Shown here one piece after another: positions 1 to 9,992 of a stretch of 64,000 nt of DNA. Each line of letters opens with the position of its first letter. The stretch's first letter is position 1. The stretch comes from an uncultured Pelagibacteraceae bacterium (GTDB lineage Bacteria > Pseudomonadota > Alphaproteobacteria > Pelagibacterales > Pelagibacteraceae): the NCBI GenBank assembly GCA_902618565.1, contig CACNAX010000002.1, positions 3,980 to 67,979 on the forward strand. Direction: 5' to 3'. The notes beneath the pieces were generated by a model. That model worked only from the letters and a program-made list of their open reading frames with translations. It was not told where the DNA came from and searched no databases. Position numbers and translations under genes: made by a program.

Positions 1-209
1 GTTTGACCTTTAATTACACATCCAAGTGCTACAAAACCGTCATATTTTTTTAAATTTTTAGAAATAACTACGGGTATCTCAAATACTCCTGGAACAGAGA
101 TTACATTAATCTTTGCAAAATTCTTTAATTCATTCTTAGTACTTTTAAGAAGAGCAGTTGAAATATCTTTATAATAGTTTGCTTGTATAATTAATACTTT
201 ATTTTTCAT
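1..209 (-). CDS. ribH: 6,7-dimethyl-8-ribityllumazine synthase (5' part; runs off the window start)
   Basis: Not in ORF track; manual translation from ATG at 209: MKNKVLIIQANYYKDIS...VPGVFEIP...GFVALGCVIKGQT, matching the VPGxxEIP and ALGCVIxGxT motifs; ATGA overlap with ribB stop. Confidence 0.93.
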   Translation of the reverse strand, partial: MKNKVLIIQANYYKDISTALLKSTKNELKNFAKINVISVPGVFEIPVVISKNLKKYDGFVALGCVIKGQ

Positions 210-1309
210 TTTATAATTTCTTGTTTAACAATCTTGATACCATAACCATCCAACCCAACAACCTTTTTTAGAGTTCTAGTAACTAATATCATTTTCTTTA
301 TTTTTAAAGATTTAATTATTTGCGCTCCAATACCATAACTTTTTATTAATTGATCCTTTTCCTTAGTTTTAGACTTTTTATCTTTAAATTCTTTAAGTGT
401 TTGAGTAACAGATTTTAAATTTGGATCTCTTATAAAAATCATAACGCAATTGCTATATTTTTTAAAATATTTTAAAGTTTTTTCAAATGAGTTAGGAAGT
501 TTTTGATTAATTAGATAATTTTGAACTACATTAGATGAAATAACTCTAACTCTTGGTGATTTACTTTTATTAACTTTGCCCTTAACTAATGCAAAATGTT
601 CAGAACCATCAATTGAATTCTCAAAAACATAAATTTTAAATTTTTGATTATTTAAATTGATCTTAGATGATTTTTTTAATTTAATAAGATTTTCTTTTCT
701 TAGTCTGTATGAAATTAAGTCTTCAATTTTTGCAATATGAAGTTTATGTTTACTTGCAAACTTTAATAAGTCATCACCTTTTGCCATCGAACCATCTTCA
801 TTCATAATCTCACATATCACAGCAGCTGGAATTTTGTTGCCAAGTCTAGCTATGTCGACAGATGCTTCTGTATGACCGGCTCTAACTAGCACTCCTCCTT
901 CTCGAGAAATAATTGGAAATACGTGTCCAGGAGAAACTATTTCTTTTTTTAATACATTTTTTTTTGTAGCAACTTTTATTGTTCGTGACCGGTCTTTAGC
1001 TGAAATACCTGTGGTTATACCCTTCTTAGCCTCTATTGAAATGGTAAAAGCTGTTTGATTTCTCGATTGATTAACAGGGGCCATAAATGTTAGCCCAAGT
1101 TTATTTGCTTGATTTTTATTTAGTGTTAGACAAATTAAACCTCTGCCATTTTTTGCCATAAAGTTAATTTTTTTAGAATTAACATCACTTGCATTAAATA
1201 CTAAATCGCCCTCATTTTCTCGATTTTCATCGTCTACAAGAATATACATTCCTCCTCTTTTTGAGATAGAAATAATCTTTTCTATTGGGCTAAATTTATT
1301 TTTTATCAT
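206..1309 (-). CDS. ribB: 3,4-dihydroxy-2-butanone-4-phosphate synthase fused to a degenerate GTP cyclohydrolase II-like domain (RibBX-type)
   Basis: DDENRENEGD, TGISAKDR, PGHVFP, RAGHTEAS, CEIMNEDG motifs; C-terminal half has RibA-like YGIGAQI but lacks the Zn-binding cysteines. Confidence 0.93.
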   Translation of the reverse strand: MIKNKFSPIEKIISISKRGGMYILVDDENRENEGDLVFNASDVNSKKINFMAKNGRGLICLTLNKNQANKLGLTFMAPVNQSRNQTAFTISIEAKKGITTGISAKDRSRTIKVATKKNVLKKEIVSPGHVFPIISREGGVLVRAGHTEASVDIARLGNKIPAAVICEIMNEDGSMAKGDDLLKFASKHKLHIAKIEDLISYRLRKENLIKLKKSSKINLNNQKFKIYVFENSIDGSEHFALVKGKVNKSKSPRVRVISSNVVQNYLINQKLPNSFEKTLKYFKKYSNCVMIFIRDPNLKSVTQTLKEFKDKKSKTKEKDQLIKSYGIGAQIIKSLKIKKMILVTRTLKKVVGLDGYGIKIVKQEIIK

Positions 1310-1889
1310 TAATAAATTTTTTTACATACTTAGATAGAATATCAATTTCAATATTAACTAAATCATTTTTTTTAATGTTTGCTAAATTTGTAAGTTTTAA
1401 TGTATGTGGAATAACCCAAATTTCAAATTTATTCTTTTTTATTCTTGCTATGGTTAGAGACACACCATTTATTAAGATTGATGCTTTCTCAACTAAATAT
1501 TTATAAAATTTTTTATCAATACTGAATTCGTAAATTGTAGATTTATCTACATTTGTTAAATTTGTAACTTTACTTACTGTATCAACATGACCTTGACAAA
1601 TATGACCTGAGATATTTTGTCCGTACTTTAAAGGTAATTCTAAATTAACATAATCACCAACATTAGATTTTTTAAATTTTGATTTTCTAATAGTTTCATT
1701 TGATAAATAAAATTCAGATACACCCTTTTTAAATGATATTAATGTTAGGCAAACACCATCACAGGAAATAGATATACCTAATTGTTTATTAGTTAATTTT
1801 AATTTTGACTTGATAAAGACATTTATTCCTTTAGCTCTTTTGGTAATATTTGTGATTTTACCTTTATTAAAAATTATTCCATTAAACAT
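1296..1889 (-). CDS. ribE: riboflavin synthase (alpha chain)
   Basis: MFNGII N-terminus, DGVCLT, VNLE, GHICQGHVD, NGVSLT, VNIEID; rib cluster. Confidence 0.95.
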   Translation of the reverse strand: MFNGIIFNKGKITNITKRAKGINVFIKSKLKLTNKQLGISISCDGVCLTLISFKKGVSEFYLSNETIRKSKFKKSNVGDYVNLELPLKYGQNISGHICQGHVDTVSKVTNLTNVDKSTIYEFSIDKKFYKYLVEKASILINGVSLTIARIKKNKFEIWVIPHTLKLTNLANIKKNDLVNIEIDILSKYVKKFINDKK

Positions 1890-2984
1890 CTACTGATACC
1901 TAAAAAGTTTTTCTTTATCTAAAAAAGTATTAATTTGCGATCTTTTTTTAAATTTTTTAGACAATAAATCAATAAAAGAATTCAAAGCAACTGAATTTTT
2001 TAAATTAATTTTATTATCAGCTTTGAATAAATAGAAATCATTTATTAAATTATTGTTTAAAAAAGATTTTAAAAGATTAGGACCTGACTCAACTAATAAA
2101 TTTGCATAACCCAAAGAGTATATTTTTTTTAAAATTGCATTTAAATCAAAACTATTATTTTTTTTTTCCATAAAAATAAGTTTTGCATTTTTATTTTTAA
2201 ATTTATTAATCATATTTTTATCTTTTTTATTATGAAAAATATAAGTTTTATTTGTATTTAATTTTAGCACATTAGAATTTATTTTAGTCTTCAAATCTTT
2301 ATCAATAATAAATTTTACAGGTGAAAACTTTTCTAAACCTTGAATTCTACAATTTAAATTAGGATTGTCAGAGTTAATAGTTTTATAAGATGTTAAAATT
2401 GCTTGATTTCTATATCTTAATAAATGAGATACTTTGTGAGAATGTTCGTTCGTAATTTTTTTTTTAAATAAATAAATTCTATAGTTTTTAGAAACAGCTA
2501 ATTTTCCAGTAACATAAGGAATATCATTAAATTTTGAGAATTTATAATCTTTGTAAAATTGATTTGCCTCATTTTTAATTAAACCAATTTTAGCCAAAAT
2601 ATTATTTTTTTTTAAAACACTTTTAGTTTTTTTTGCTGTTCGTTTATCAAAATCTTCAATCGAATAATTAACTAATTTAATTTTTTTTTTTATAATAATG
2701 TTTGTACATGGTGGTGTTTTTCCATAATGGATACAAGGTTCTAATGTTACATACATATTTGAATTTTTGAAATTTATTTTATTATTTTTTAATGCTACTA
2801 CTTCAGCATGAGGTCTACCGTTAATATCTGTCTTTCCGTAAGAAATGATTTCATCTTTGTGTGTTACTACACATCCAACCGATGGATTTAGTCCTGTTAG
2901 TCCTTTATTTTGATTGGCAAGTTCTAGTGCCAATCTCATGAATGCTTTATTTTTTTTTGATGTTTTATCTTTTCTTAAAGACAT
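1890..2984 (-). CDS. ribD: bifunctional pyrimidine deaminase/reductase RibD
   Basis: NPSVGCV, HAE, TLEPCxHxGKTPPC Zn motif, DNPxLxxR, LLVESG; start moved from 3047 to the ATG at 2984 to reduce overlap with nrdR. Confidence 0.93.
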   Translation of the reverse strand: MSLRKDKTSKKNKAFMRLALELANQNKGLTGLNPSVGCVVTHKDEIISYGKTDINGRPHAEVVALKNNKINFKNSNMYVTLEPCIHYGKTPPCTNIIIKKKIKLVNYSIEDFDKRTAKKTKSVLKKNNILAKIGLIKNEANQFYKDYKFSKFNDIPYVTGKLAVSKNYRIYLFKKKITNEHSHKVSHLLRYRNQAILTSYKTINSDNPNLNCRIQGLEKFSPVKFIIDKDLKTKINSNVLKLNTNKTYIFHNKKDKNMINKFKNKNAKLIFMEKKNNSFDLNAILKKIYSLGYANLLVESGPNLLKSFLNNNLINDFYLFKADNKINLKNSVALNSFIDLLSKKFKKRSQINTFLDKEKLFRYQ

Positions 2985-3423
2985 CGATTTTATCAACAAA
3001 TTGAACGAAGTCTTTTTCTTCTCTAAAATTTCTATATACTGATGCAAATCTTACATAAGCAACCGGGTCCAATTCTTTTAATCCGTCCATTACCATAGTG
3101 CCTATTGTGTTCGAAGAAATTTCACTTTGACCAAATTCTTCTAGTGATCGAGAAATTTTAGAAATAAATTTTTCTACTGTTTCAGTATCAAGAGGTCTTT
3201 TTTTTAGAGCTACATAAATGGATTTAGACAGTTTATCTCTATCAAATGGTGATTTTCTTCCATTTTTTTTTACAATTGTTAGTTCGCGAAATTGAACTCT
3301 TTCAAATGTAGTAAATCTCTGTCCACAACTACAAAGCCTCCTTCTTCTTATAGCTGTTCCGTCTTCAGTAGGTCTAGAATCTACAACTGAAGTTTCACCT
3401 TTTTTATCACAGGGACAAATCAT
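2965..3423 (-). CDS. nrdR: transcriptional repressor NrdR
   Basis: VVDSR, IRRRR, RFTTFE, ATP-cone, [13 protein letters not shown]; conserved glyA-nrdR-ribD order. Confidence 0.96.
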   Translation of the reverse strand: MICPCDKKGETSVVDSRPTEDGTAIRRRRLCSCGQRFTTFERVQFRELTIVKKNGRKSPFDRDKLSKSIYVALKKRPLDTETVEKFISKISRSLEEFGQSEISSNTIGTMVMDGLKELDPVAYVRFASVYRNFREEKDFVQFVDKIDVFKKR

Positions 3424-3429
3424 AATTCA

Positions 3430-4740
3430 TTATCCCAAATTTTTATAAATTGGGAAATTTGAACATAAATCAACAACTTCTTTTCTTACCTCGTCTTCTA
3501 TTTTTTTATTATCGTCAGGGTTTGATGACAAACCTTTAATTACTTTAGTAATTAGTTCACCAACAATTTTAAATTCATTTAAACCAAAACCTCTAGTAGT
3601 TGCAGCCTGAGATCCTAATCTTATACCAGAAGTTACCATTGGACTTTCTGTATCAAAAGGAATTCCATTTTTATTACATGTTATATTGGCTCTTGATAAA
3701 CTTTCAGCAGCAGCATTACCTTTGACACCAAAGGGTCTTAAATCTACCAACATTAAATGAGTATCAGTACCTCCAGAATAAATCTTAAATCCATTTGTTT
3801 TTAATGTTTCTGCGAGAATTTTTGCATTAGCTAAAACATTAGATATATATTCTTTGAAAGAAGGTTCTAATGCTTCTTTAAATCCAACAGCTTTCGCTGC
3901 TATTATGTGCATGAGAGGGCCGCCCTGATAACCAGGAAATACAGCTGTATTAATTTTTTTATAAATATCTTCGTGATTTGTTAAAATAATTCCACCTCTG
4001 GCACTTCTAAAAACTTTATGAGTTGTAGATGTAACGACATGAGCATGATCAACAGGATTTGGATAACCTTTACCAGCAACAAGACCTGAAAAGTGAGCCA
4101 TATCTACCATAAAGAATGCTCCAATTTTATCAGCAATTTCTCTAAATCTTTTAAAATCAATAACCCTAGAATATGCGCTACCTCCAGCAATTATAAGTTT
4201 AGGTTTATTTTCAATTGCTAATCTTTCAACTTCATCATAGTCAATTAATTCAGAGGTTTTATCTACATCATAGCTTATTGCATTAAACCATTTGCCTGAC
4301 ATCGCAATTTTAAGACCATGAGTAATATGGCCACCAGAATTTAAACTCATTCCCATAAAAGTATCACCTGGCTTTAATAATGCTAAAAACACTGCTCCGT
4401 TAGCTTGCGCGCCAGAATGAGGTTGTGAATTCGCAAATTTACAATCAAAGAGTTTTTTTAATCTATCGTTAGCAAGTGACTCGGCAACATCAACATGTTC
4501 ACAACCGTTATAATATCTTTTACCTGGGTAACCTTCGGCATACTTATTTGTTAGCACTGAACCTTGTGCCTCTAAAACAGCTTGTGAAACAATGTTTTCT
4601 GATGCGATTAATTCGATATGATTTTGTTGTCTGATTAATTCTTTATTTACTGCATCAAATATTTCTGGATCAGCTTCAGACAATTTTTTTTCAAAAAAGT
4701 TTTCATATTGAGTATTTAAATATTTTTTTTCACTAGACAT
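3430..4740 (-). CDS. glyA: serine hydroxymethyltransferase
   Basis: [35 protein letters not shown] (PLP lysine), SGIRLG. Confidence 0.98.
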   Translation of the reverse strand: MSSEKKYLNTQYENFFEKKLSEADPEIFDAVNKELIRQQNHIELIASENIVSQAVLEAQGSVLTNKYAEGYPGKRYYNGCEHVDVAESLANDRLKKLFDCKFANSQPHSGAQANGAVFLALLKPGDTFMGMSLNSGGHITHGLKIAMSGKWFNAISYDVDKTSELIDYDEVERLAIENKPKLIIAGGSAYSRVIDFKRFREIADKIGAFFMVDMAHFSGLVAGKGYPNPVDHAHVVTSTTHKVFRSARGGIILTNHEDIYKKINTAVFPGYQGGPLMHIIAAKAVGFKEALEPSFKEYISNVLANAKILAETLKTNGFKIYSGGTDTHLMLVDLRPFGVKGNAAAESLSRANITCNKNGIPFDTESPMVTSGIRLGSQAATTRGFGLNEFKIVGELITKVIKGLSSNPDDNKKIEDEVRKEVVDLCSNFPIYKNLG

Positions 4741-4748
4741 TTATTTAC

Positions 4749-5174
4749 CTATATTTTTTTAATTCTTTTTATATGTCTACCGCCTTCAAACTCAGTTTTT
4801 AGAAAGCTCTCAACACATTTTAAGGCAACTGTTTTTTTAATAAGCCTTTCTCCTAATGTTATAACATTTGCATCATTATGCAATCGCGATAATTTGGCAT
4901 TTTTTACTGAATAGCATAAAGCTGCGCGTATTCCCTTATTTTTGTTTGCAGCAATAGACATTCCTACTCCTGAACCACAAACAAGTATTCCTACATGTTT
5001 CTTATTTTTCGCCACTTGTTTACAAAGTTTATGAGCAAAATCAGGGTAATCAACGGACTTCTTATTTTGTTTTGGTCCCAGATCTTTTATTGGATAATTT
5101 TTATTAAAGTATTTTAAAATATTCTTTTTTAAATTAAATCCACCATGATCTGAAGCAATAAAAATTTTTTTCAA
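4749..5174 (-). CDS. rpiB: ribose-5-phosphate isomerase B
   Basis: ASDHGG, VDYPD, CGSGVGMSIAANK, HNDAN, FEGGRH; TTG start. Confidence 0.96.
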   Translation of the reverse strand: MKKIFIASDHGGFNLKKNILKYFNKNYPIKDLGPKQNKKSVDYPDFAHKLCKQVAKNKKHVGILVCGSGVGMSIAANKNKGIRAALCYSVKNAKLSRLHNDANVITLGERLIKKTVALKCVESFLKTEFEGGRHIKRIKKI

Positions 5175-5175
5175 T

Positions 5176-5766
5176 TTAATTAAATTTGTAATTTAAAACA
5201 CAAGCAACAAGGTGAACTCTATTTTCTTCACCCCCATTAAATGCATTGTGATATTTAGTATTATTAGTAATCCAAACAGAGCCATCTGCTGGCATATGTT
5301 TTGCAACATTATCAACGACCATTATTGCTCCGGGATTTGTGTATATAGGTATATGAAGCCTTGGCTCAGGATCTCTATGCCAACTCAATGTTGATCTTGG
5401 CTCTTTAAGAAGAAGTCTCATCCTACCTAATTTATACTTTTTTGTTAATTGATCATAAACTTCTTTGAAATAAGTATTTTTAAAATCGTCAACAAATTCT
5501 GTGTATTTATGTTCATCAATTTTACTTTCCCTCTGTACCTCAACACCTGTACTATCTGGCTTAGTCCAATAAATGCCTCTTACATTATTTCCTTTAACAG
5601 AATCTGGATCACCTGGAATTTGATTTAAAGGTATGCCAGCGAAGTGAGGTATTCCAAGACTTGTATCAAAACCTTTTATTTTTAATACTTCATCGCAAGC
5701 TTGTTTTAATTTTATGATATCAAACTTTACATCTTGTTTTTGAAAATCATTGAATAATTGTGACAT
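5176..5766 (-). CDS. aspartyl/asparaginyl beta-hydroxylase-like Fe(II)/2-oxoglutarate oxygenase, substrate unknown
   Basis: RxxLxxP..WHRD..RLHIPI, distal His in HNAFNGGEENRVHLV (HxD...H triad plus candidate 2OG-binding Arg). Confidence 0.75.
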   Translation of the reverse strand: MSQLFNDFQKQDVKFDIIKLKQACDEVLKIKGFDTSLGIPHFAGIPLNQIPGDPDSVKGNNVRGIYWTKPDSTGVEVQRESKIDEHKYTEFVDDFKNTYFKEVYDQLTKKYKLGRMRLLLKEPRSTLSWHRDPEPRLHIPIYTNPGAIMVVDNVAKHMPADGSVWITNNTKYHNAFNGGEENRVHLVACVLNYKFN

Positions 5767-5836
5767 CGGTGCTCTACTATCTTATAGACTATTATATTAA
5801 ATATTACTATTGTCGCATCATAAAAATTAATTGATA

Positions 5837-6823
5837 ATGATTATCACAGGTAACTATCCTAATTTAAGATTAAGAAGATCAAGAAAATTCAATTGGTCTA
5901 GAAGATTGGTTCAAGATAATGATCTATCTTATAATGATTTTATTTTACCTATCTTTCTTACTGAAGGTAAAGCTAAAAAGGTTCCAATTAGTTCAATGCC
6001 AAATGTTTTTAGGCACTCTATTGATAAATTAAAAAGTGTAGTTGATAAAGCACTAAAACTGGGAATACCAATGGTGGCTTTATTCCCTTATACAAATCCA
6101 AGGAAAAGAGATGAATACGGAAATGAAGCATTAAATGAAAATAATTTAGTTTGCCAAGCAATAAAATTTATCAAAAAAAATTATAAGAACGAAATTGGAA
6201 TAATGTGTGATGTTGCATTAGACCCATACACATCACATGGTCATGATGGAATAATTAGAAAAAATGAAATTTTAAATGATGAAACATTAGAAATCTTAAT
6301 TAAACAATCAATATTGCAAGCAGAAATGGGTTGTGACGTGATTGCACCCTCAGATATGATGGATGGTAGAGTTTTAAAAATTCGTAAAGCTTTAGATAAA
6401 AATAATTTTAGAGATGTTCAAATTTTATCTTATGCAGTGAAATATGCATCAAGTTTTTATGGGCCATTTAGAAATGCAGTAGGATCAAAAAATCTACTAA
6501 AGGGAGATAAAAAAACCTATCAAATGGATTTTAAAAATAATTATGAATCATTAAGGGAAGTTGCATTAGATATAAAAGAAGGTGCAGATATGATTATAGT
6601 AAAACCAGGAATGCCATATCTTGATATAATTAGAGAAGTAAAGAATAATTTTAAAATTCCAGTTATTGCATATCAAGTATCAGGGGAATATAGTCTGATA
6701 CAAAATGCAATTTCAAAGAATATATTAGATAAAAAATCGATATACGAAAGCCTAGTTTCTTTTAAAAGAGCTGGGGCAAATGCAATTATAACGTATTTTG
6801 CTGATCAAATAAAACTAGATTAA
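5837..6823 (+). CDS. hemB: porphobilinogen synthase (Asp-rich, catalytic-Zn-independent type)
   Basis: RLRR, DVALDPYTSHGHDG, APSDMMDGR, YASSFYGPFR, VKPG, YQVSGEY; ATG at 5837 preferred over TTG at 5831. Confidence 0.97.
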   Translation: MIITGNYPNLRLRRSRKFNWSRRLVQDNDLSYNDFILPIFLTEGKAKKVPISSMPNVFRHSIDKLKSVVDKALKLGIPMVALFPYTNPRKRDEYGNEALNENNLVCQAIKFIKKNYKNEIGIMCDVALDPYTSHGHDGIIRKNEILNDETLEILIKQSILQAEMGCDVIAPSDMMDGRVLKIRKALDKNNFRDVQILSYAVKYASSFYGPFRNAVGSKNLLKGDKKTYQMDFKNNYESLREVALDIKEGADMIIVKPGMPYLDIIREVKNNFKIPVIAYQVSGEYSLIQNAISKNILDKKSIYESLVSFKRAGANAIITYFADQIKLD

Positions 6824-7495
6824 TTTTAAAGAATTTTGAAAATTAAATCTTGTTTTAGGAAAATTAAGATTATTTGGTTTAACTATTGTTTTGTCTAAAA
6901 AGTCTCCTACAATTTTTAAAGCATCATAACTATCTTCAAAACTAATATCAGCTTCATCTTTATTTACTAAAAAATTTGGTATAATTTTGTCAGAGTTTTT
7001 TAATTTATAACTGATTTTATTTCCTTCAGAGACTTCTTCTACATAATCATTAAAATCTATGTCATATCCAATTAATTTATAAAAGTTTAACTCCCAAATT
7101 ACAAACTTTGATAACCACTCTTTATCTTTTAGTATTTCAAAATATTTATCAATTAATAAATAAATCTCTCTATTTTTTTCGTTCTCTACTGTTAAAATTT
7201 TAATCAAATTCATCGAATAAATAATACAAAGTAGTTTTTGTTTATCTTCTAAAAAGTATGGAGTTTTAAATTCATCTATTTCAATTTTTAAAGAACCAAT
7301 TTTTGTTTGCGATTTTGAATTAAAATTTATATGTAATTTATTACCTTCGAATAAATAATTTTTTATTTTTTTTGAAGTTCCACCAAAAATAATTCCTGAA
7401 ATTTTTCCATGATTTTCAGTATAAAATTCAGAGATTATAGAATTTTCGTTATATTTATTTTTTGAAAGTAAATAACCTTTGTCTTGCCAATTCAT
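6815..7495 (-). CDS. recO: DNA repair protein RecO
   Basis: MNWQDKGYLL..YNENSII..TENHGK N-terminus, WEL motif; downstream of rnc. Confidence 0.85.
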   Translation of the reverse strand: MNWQDKGYLLSKNKYNENSIISEFYTENHGKISGIIFGGTSKKIKNYLFEGNKLHINFNSKSQTKIGSLKIEIDEFKTPYFLEDKQKLLCIIYSMNLIKILTVENEKNREIYLLIDKYFEILKDKEWLSKFVIWELNFYKLIGYDIDFNDYVEEVSEGNKISYKLKNSDKIIPNFLVNKDEADISFEDSYDALKIVGDFLDKTIVKPNNLNFPKTRFNFQNSLKLI

Positions 7496-8157
7496 TATAT
7501 TTTAATAGTTTCTAAAAGTTTCATAGCAGCGGCTTGTTCTGCATTTTTTTTTGAACTACCATCTGCAATAACAGTTTTGCTATCCTTAATTTTTACACTG
7601 ATTTTAAAATTTGGTTTATGTCTTGGCCCTGTATTAGAAATAAGTTTATATATCGGCAAAGTTTTAAATTTCTTCAATGAGTATTCTTGTAATCTTGTTT
7701 TGGAGTCGATCACAGTAACATCTGATAAGTTTAAATAATTTTTCCAATAATTTAATATAAATTTAGAAGAAGCTTCAAAACCTTTATCTACATAAATTGC
7801 TCCTATCAAAGACTCACAACAATCAGATATAATTTTCTTTTCTATATTTATTTTTTTTTTCTTTTCAGTGTTTCCGGTTAATATATAATTATCCAACTCT
7901 AGTTCCTTGCCAACTTCAAAACATTTATTTTTGTTAACTAAATTTGCGAGCTTTTTATCAATTATACCAACTTTTTCATTTGGGTATAGCTCTAGTAGTT
8001 TCTTTGATATTACAAATCCCAAAACTCTATCACCTAAAAATTCTAATTTTTCATAATTATTTTTTGTATCGAAACTTTTGTGTGTTAAGGCTTGTGTCAA
8101 TATTTGAACATCTTTGAAACTAATGCCTATTTTCTTTTGTAGTTTGTTTAACTTCAT
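7495..8157 (-). CDS. rnc: ribonuclease III
   Basis: ALTHKS, EKLEFLGDRVL signature, dsRBD (KTRLQEY, GPRHKP, SKKNAEQAAA). Confidence 0.97.
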   Translation of the reverse strand: MKLNKLQKKIGISFKDVQILTQALTHKSFDTKNNYEKLEFLGDRVLGFVISKKLLELYPNEKVGIIDKKLANLVNKNKCFEVGKELELDNYILTGNTEKKKKINIEKKIISDCCESLIGAIYVDKGFEASSKFILNYWKNYLNLSDVTVIDSKTRLQEYSLKKFKTLPIYKLISNTGPRHKPNFKISVKIKDSKTVIADGSSKKNAEQAAAMKLLETIKI

Positions 8158-8161
8158 TTAT

Positions 8162-8890
8162 TTAAATTATTTTATTAAAAAATCTTTCAAATCGAACTAT
8201 CTCACTCCATTTGAAAATGTTAAAGATGCTTCCTTTCCTTGGATTAGATGAAAAAAATAAAATTTGTGCTTTTCCAACTAAATTATTTTGATTAACATAA
8301 CCAACTTCAGATAGAAATCTGCTGTCTTTAGAACAATCCCTATTGTCACCTAAGAAAAAAAAGTGATTTTCAGGAACAATGTATTTATCTGAATTAGAAA
8401 AAGTTATATCGGTTCTATATGCAGCTAAATAACTTTTTCCATTTGGAAGTTTTTCTTCAAATATATTGACATCAATTTGGGATGATCCACAATATAATTT
8501 ATCATTTTTGCTTTTAATTGTTTTTAATACTTGATTAGAATTTATATATAAATCACCATCAATAAATTGTATTGTATCACCTGGTAAACCAATCAATCTT
8601 TTAATATAATCTGTACGATTATCAGCAGGTGTTTTAAAAACTATAACATCTCCTCTTTTAGGGTTTTTATTTAATATACGTCCTTTAAAAATAGGAGGAC
8701 TAAAGGGAAATGAATGTTTGCTATATCCATAAGAAAATTTAGTAACAAATAATCTGTCACCCACAAGCAAATTAATTTCCATTGATGATGATGGTATATA
8801 AAATGGCTGTATTAATATTGATCTTATAAATACTGCAATTATTAATGCATAAAATAATGTTTTAGTATTATCAATTATGAAATTTTTCAT
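8162..8890 (-). CDS. lepB: signal peptidase I
   Basis: IPSSSM (catalytic Ser), GDRLFV, YIKRLIGLPGD (catalytic Lys), GDNRDCSKDSR. Confidence 0.96.
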   Translation of the reverse strand: MKNFIIDNTKTLFYALIIAVFIRSILIQPFYIPSSSMEINLLVGDRLFVTKFSYGYSKHSFPFSPPIFKGRILNKNPKRGDVIVFKTPADNRTDYIKRLIGLPGDTIQFIDGDLYINSNQVLKTIKSKNDKLYCGSSQIDVNIFEEKLPNGKSYLAAYRTDITFSNSDKYIVPENHFFFLGDNRDCSKDSRFLSEVGYVNQNNLVGKAQILFFSSNPRKGSIFNIFKWSEIVRFERFFNKII

Positions 8891-9273
8891 TTTTTTTTAT
8901 TCAAAATAACAAATGCAATTGAGTGGTTTTTTTCATCTGAAAGTGAAAGATGTATATCGTAATTCTTTAATTTAAATTTTTTTTTTAATATATCTTTTAT
9001 TTTCTGTGAAATTTTAATTTTAGGTGATCCTTTCTTATTATTGTATATTTCAATATCATTAAAATTAATATTATCTCTAAAGCCTGTGCCTATTGATTTA
9101 ACGAAAGCTTCTTTAGCAGCAAATCTTTTTGCGTAATAATTTGTTTTGTTTCTGTATTTTTTTGATTGGTTAATTTCATTCAATGTAAAGAGTCTTTTTT
9201 TAAAACCTTTAATTTTTAGGGATTTTTCTATTCTTTTATTATCAATAATATCAACACCGTTACCAATTATCAT
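8887..9273 (-). CDS. acpS: holo-[acyl-carrier-protein] synthase
   Basis: GNGVDI, AKRFAAKEAFVK, GxPK, LSLSDE. Confidence 0.96.
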   Translation of the reverse strand: MIIGNGVDIIDNKRIEKSLKIKGFKKRLFTLNEINQSKKYRNKTNYYAKRFAAKEAFVKSIGTGFRDNINFNDIEIYNNKKGSPKIKISQKIKDILKKKFKLKNYDIHLSLSDEKNHSIAFVILNKKK

Positions 9274-9992
9274 TAGTTTAATATTTTTCTAAAATTAGTA
9301 ATTACTTTTTTCATACCAAACATGATGGCCTCTCCAATTATAAAATGTCCAATATTAAATTCCTCTATAGATTTAATCTTTCTTAAAATTTTAGTTGATT
9401 TATAATCTAGACCATGACCTGCATGAACTTCCATTCCTAGTTTTTTTGCTAACGTGGCACAATTTTTTATTTTTTTGAACTCGACTAAATAATTTTTGTT
9501 ATTTTTAACTTTTAAAGCAAATTTTCCTGTATGAAGTTCCACACATTTAGCATTTAATTCTTTTGATGCAAAGACATCTTCAATATTTGGATTGATGAAA
9601 AGACTTGTTCTAATTTTTTTTAAATTTAATTTACTAATTACTTTTTTAATTATTTTTTTATTTTTTGTGATATTTAAACCTCCTTCGGTGGTTATTTCAT
9701 TCCTTTTTTCAGGAACTATACAAACAAAATTAGGTTTATATTTTAATGCAATTTTAAGCATTTCATTGTTAGCAGCCATTTCTAAATTTATTGGTACTCT
9801 TTTAATTTTTGAAAATATAGCTACGTCTTCATCTCGAATATGTCTACGATCTTCTCTTAAATGAATAGTAATAGAATTTGCACCGAAATTCATAACTTGC
9901 CTTGCATATGAAATAGGATCGGGATGTCCCTCTCCTCTGGCATTTCTTAATGTTGCAATATGGTCTACGTTAACACCTAGTCTAGATTTCAT
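9273..9992 (-). CDS. pdxJ: pyridoxine 5'-phosphate synthase
   Basis: LGVNVDHIATLRNAR, HLREDRRHI, TTEGGL, HAGHGL, NIGH. Confidence 0.97.
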   Translation of the reverse strand: MKSRLGVNVDHIATLRNARGEGHPDPISYARQVMNFGANSITIHLREDRRHIRDEDVAIFSKIKRVPINLEMAANNEMLKIALKYKPNFVCIVPEKRNEITTEGGLNITKNKKIIKKVISKLNLKKIRTSLFINPNIEDVFASKELNAKCVELHTGKFALKVKNNKNYLVEFKKIKNCATLAKKLGMEVHAGHGLDYKSTKILRKIKSIEEFNIGHFIIGEAIMFGMKKVITNFRKILN

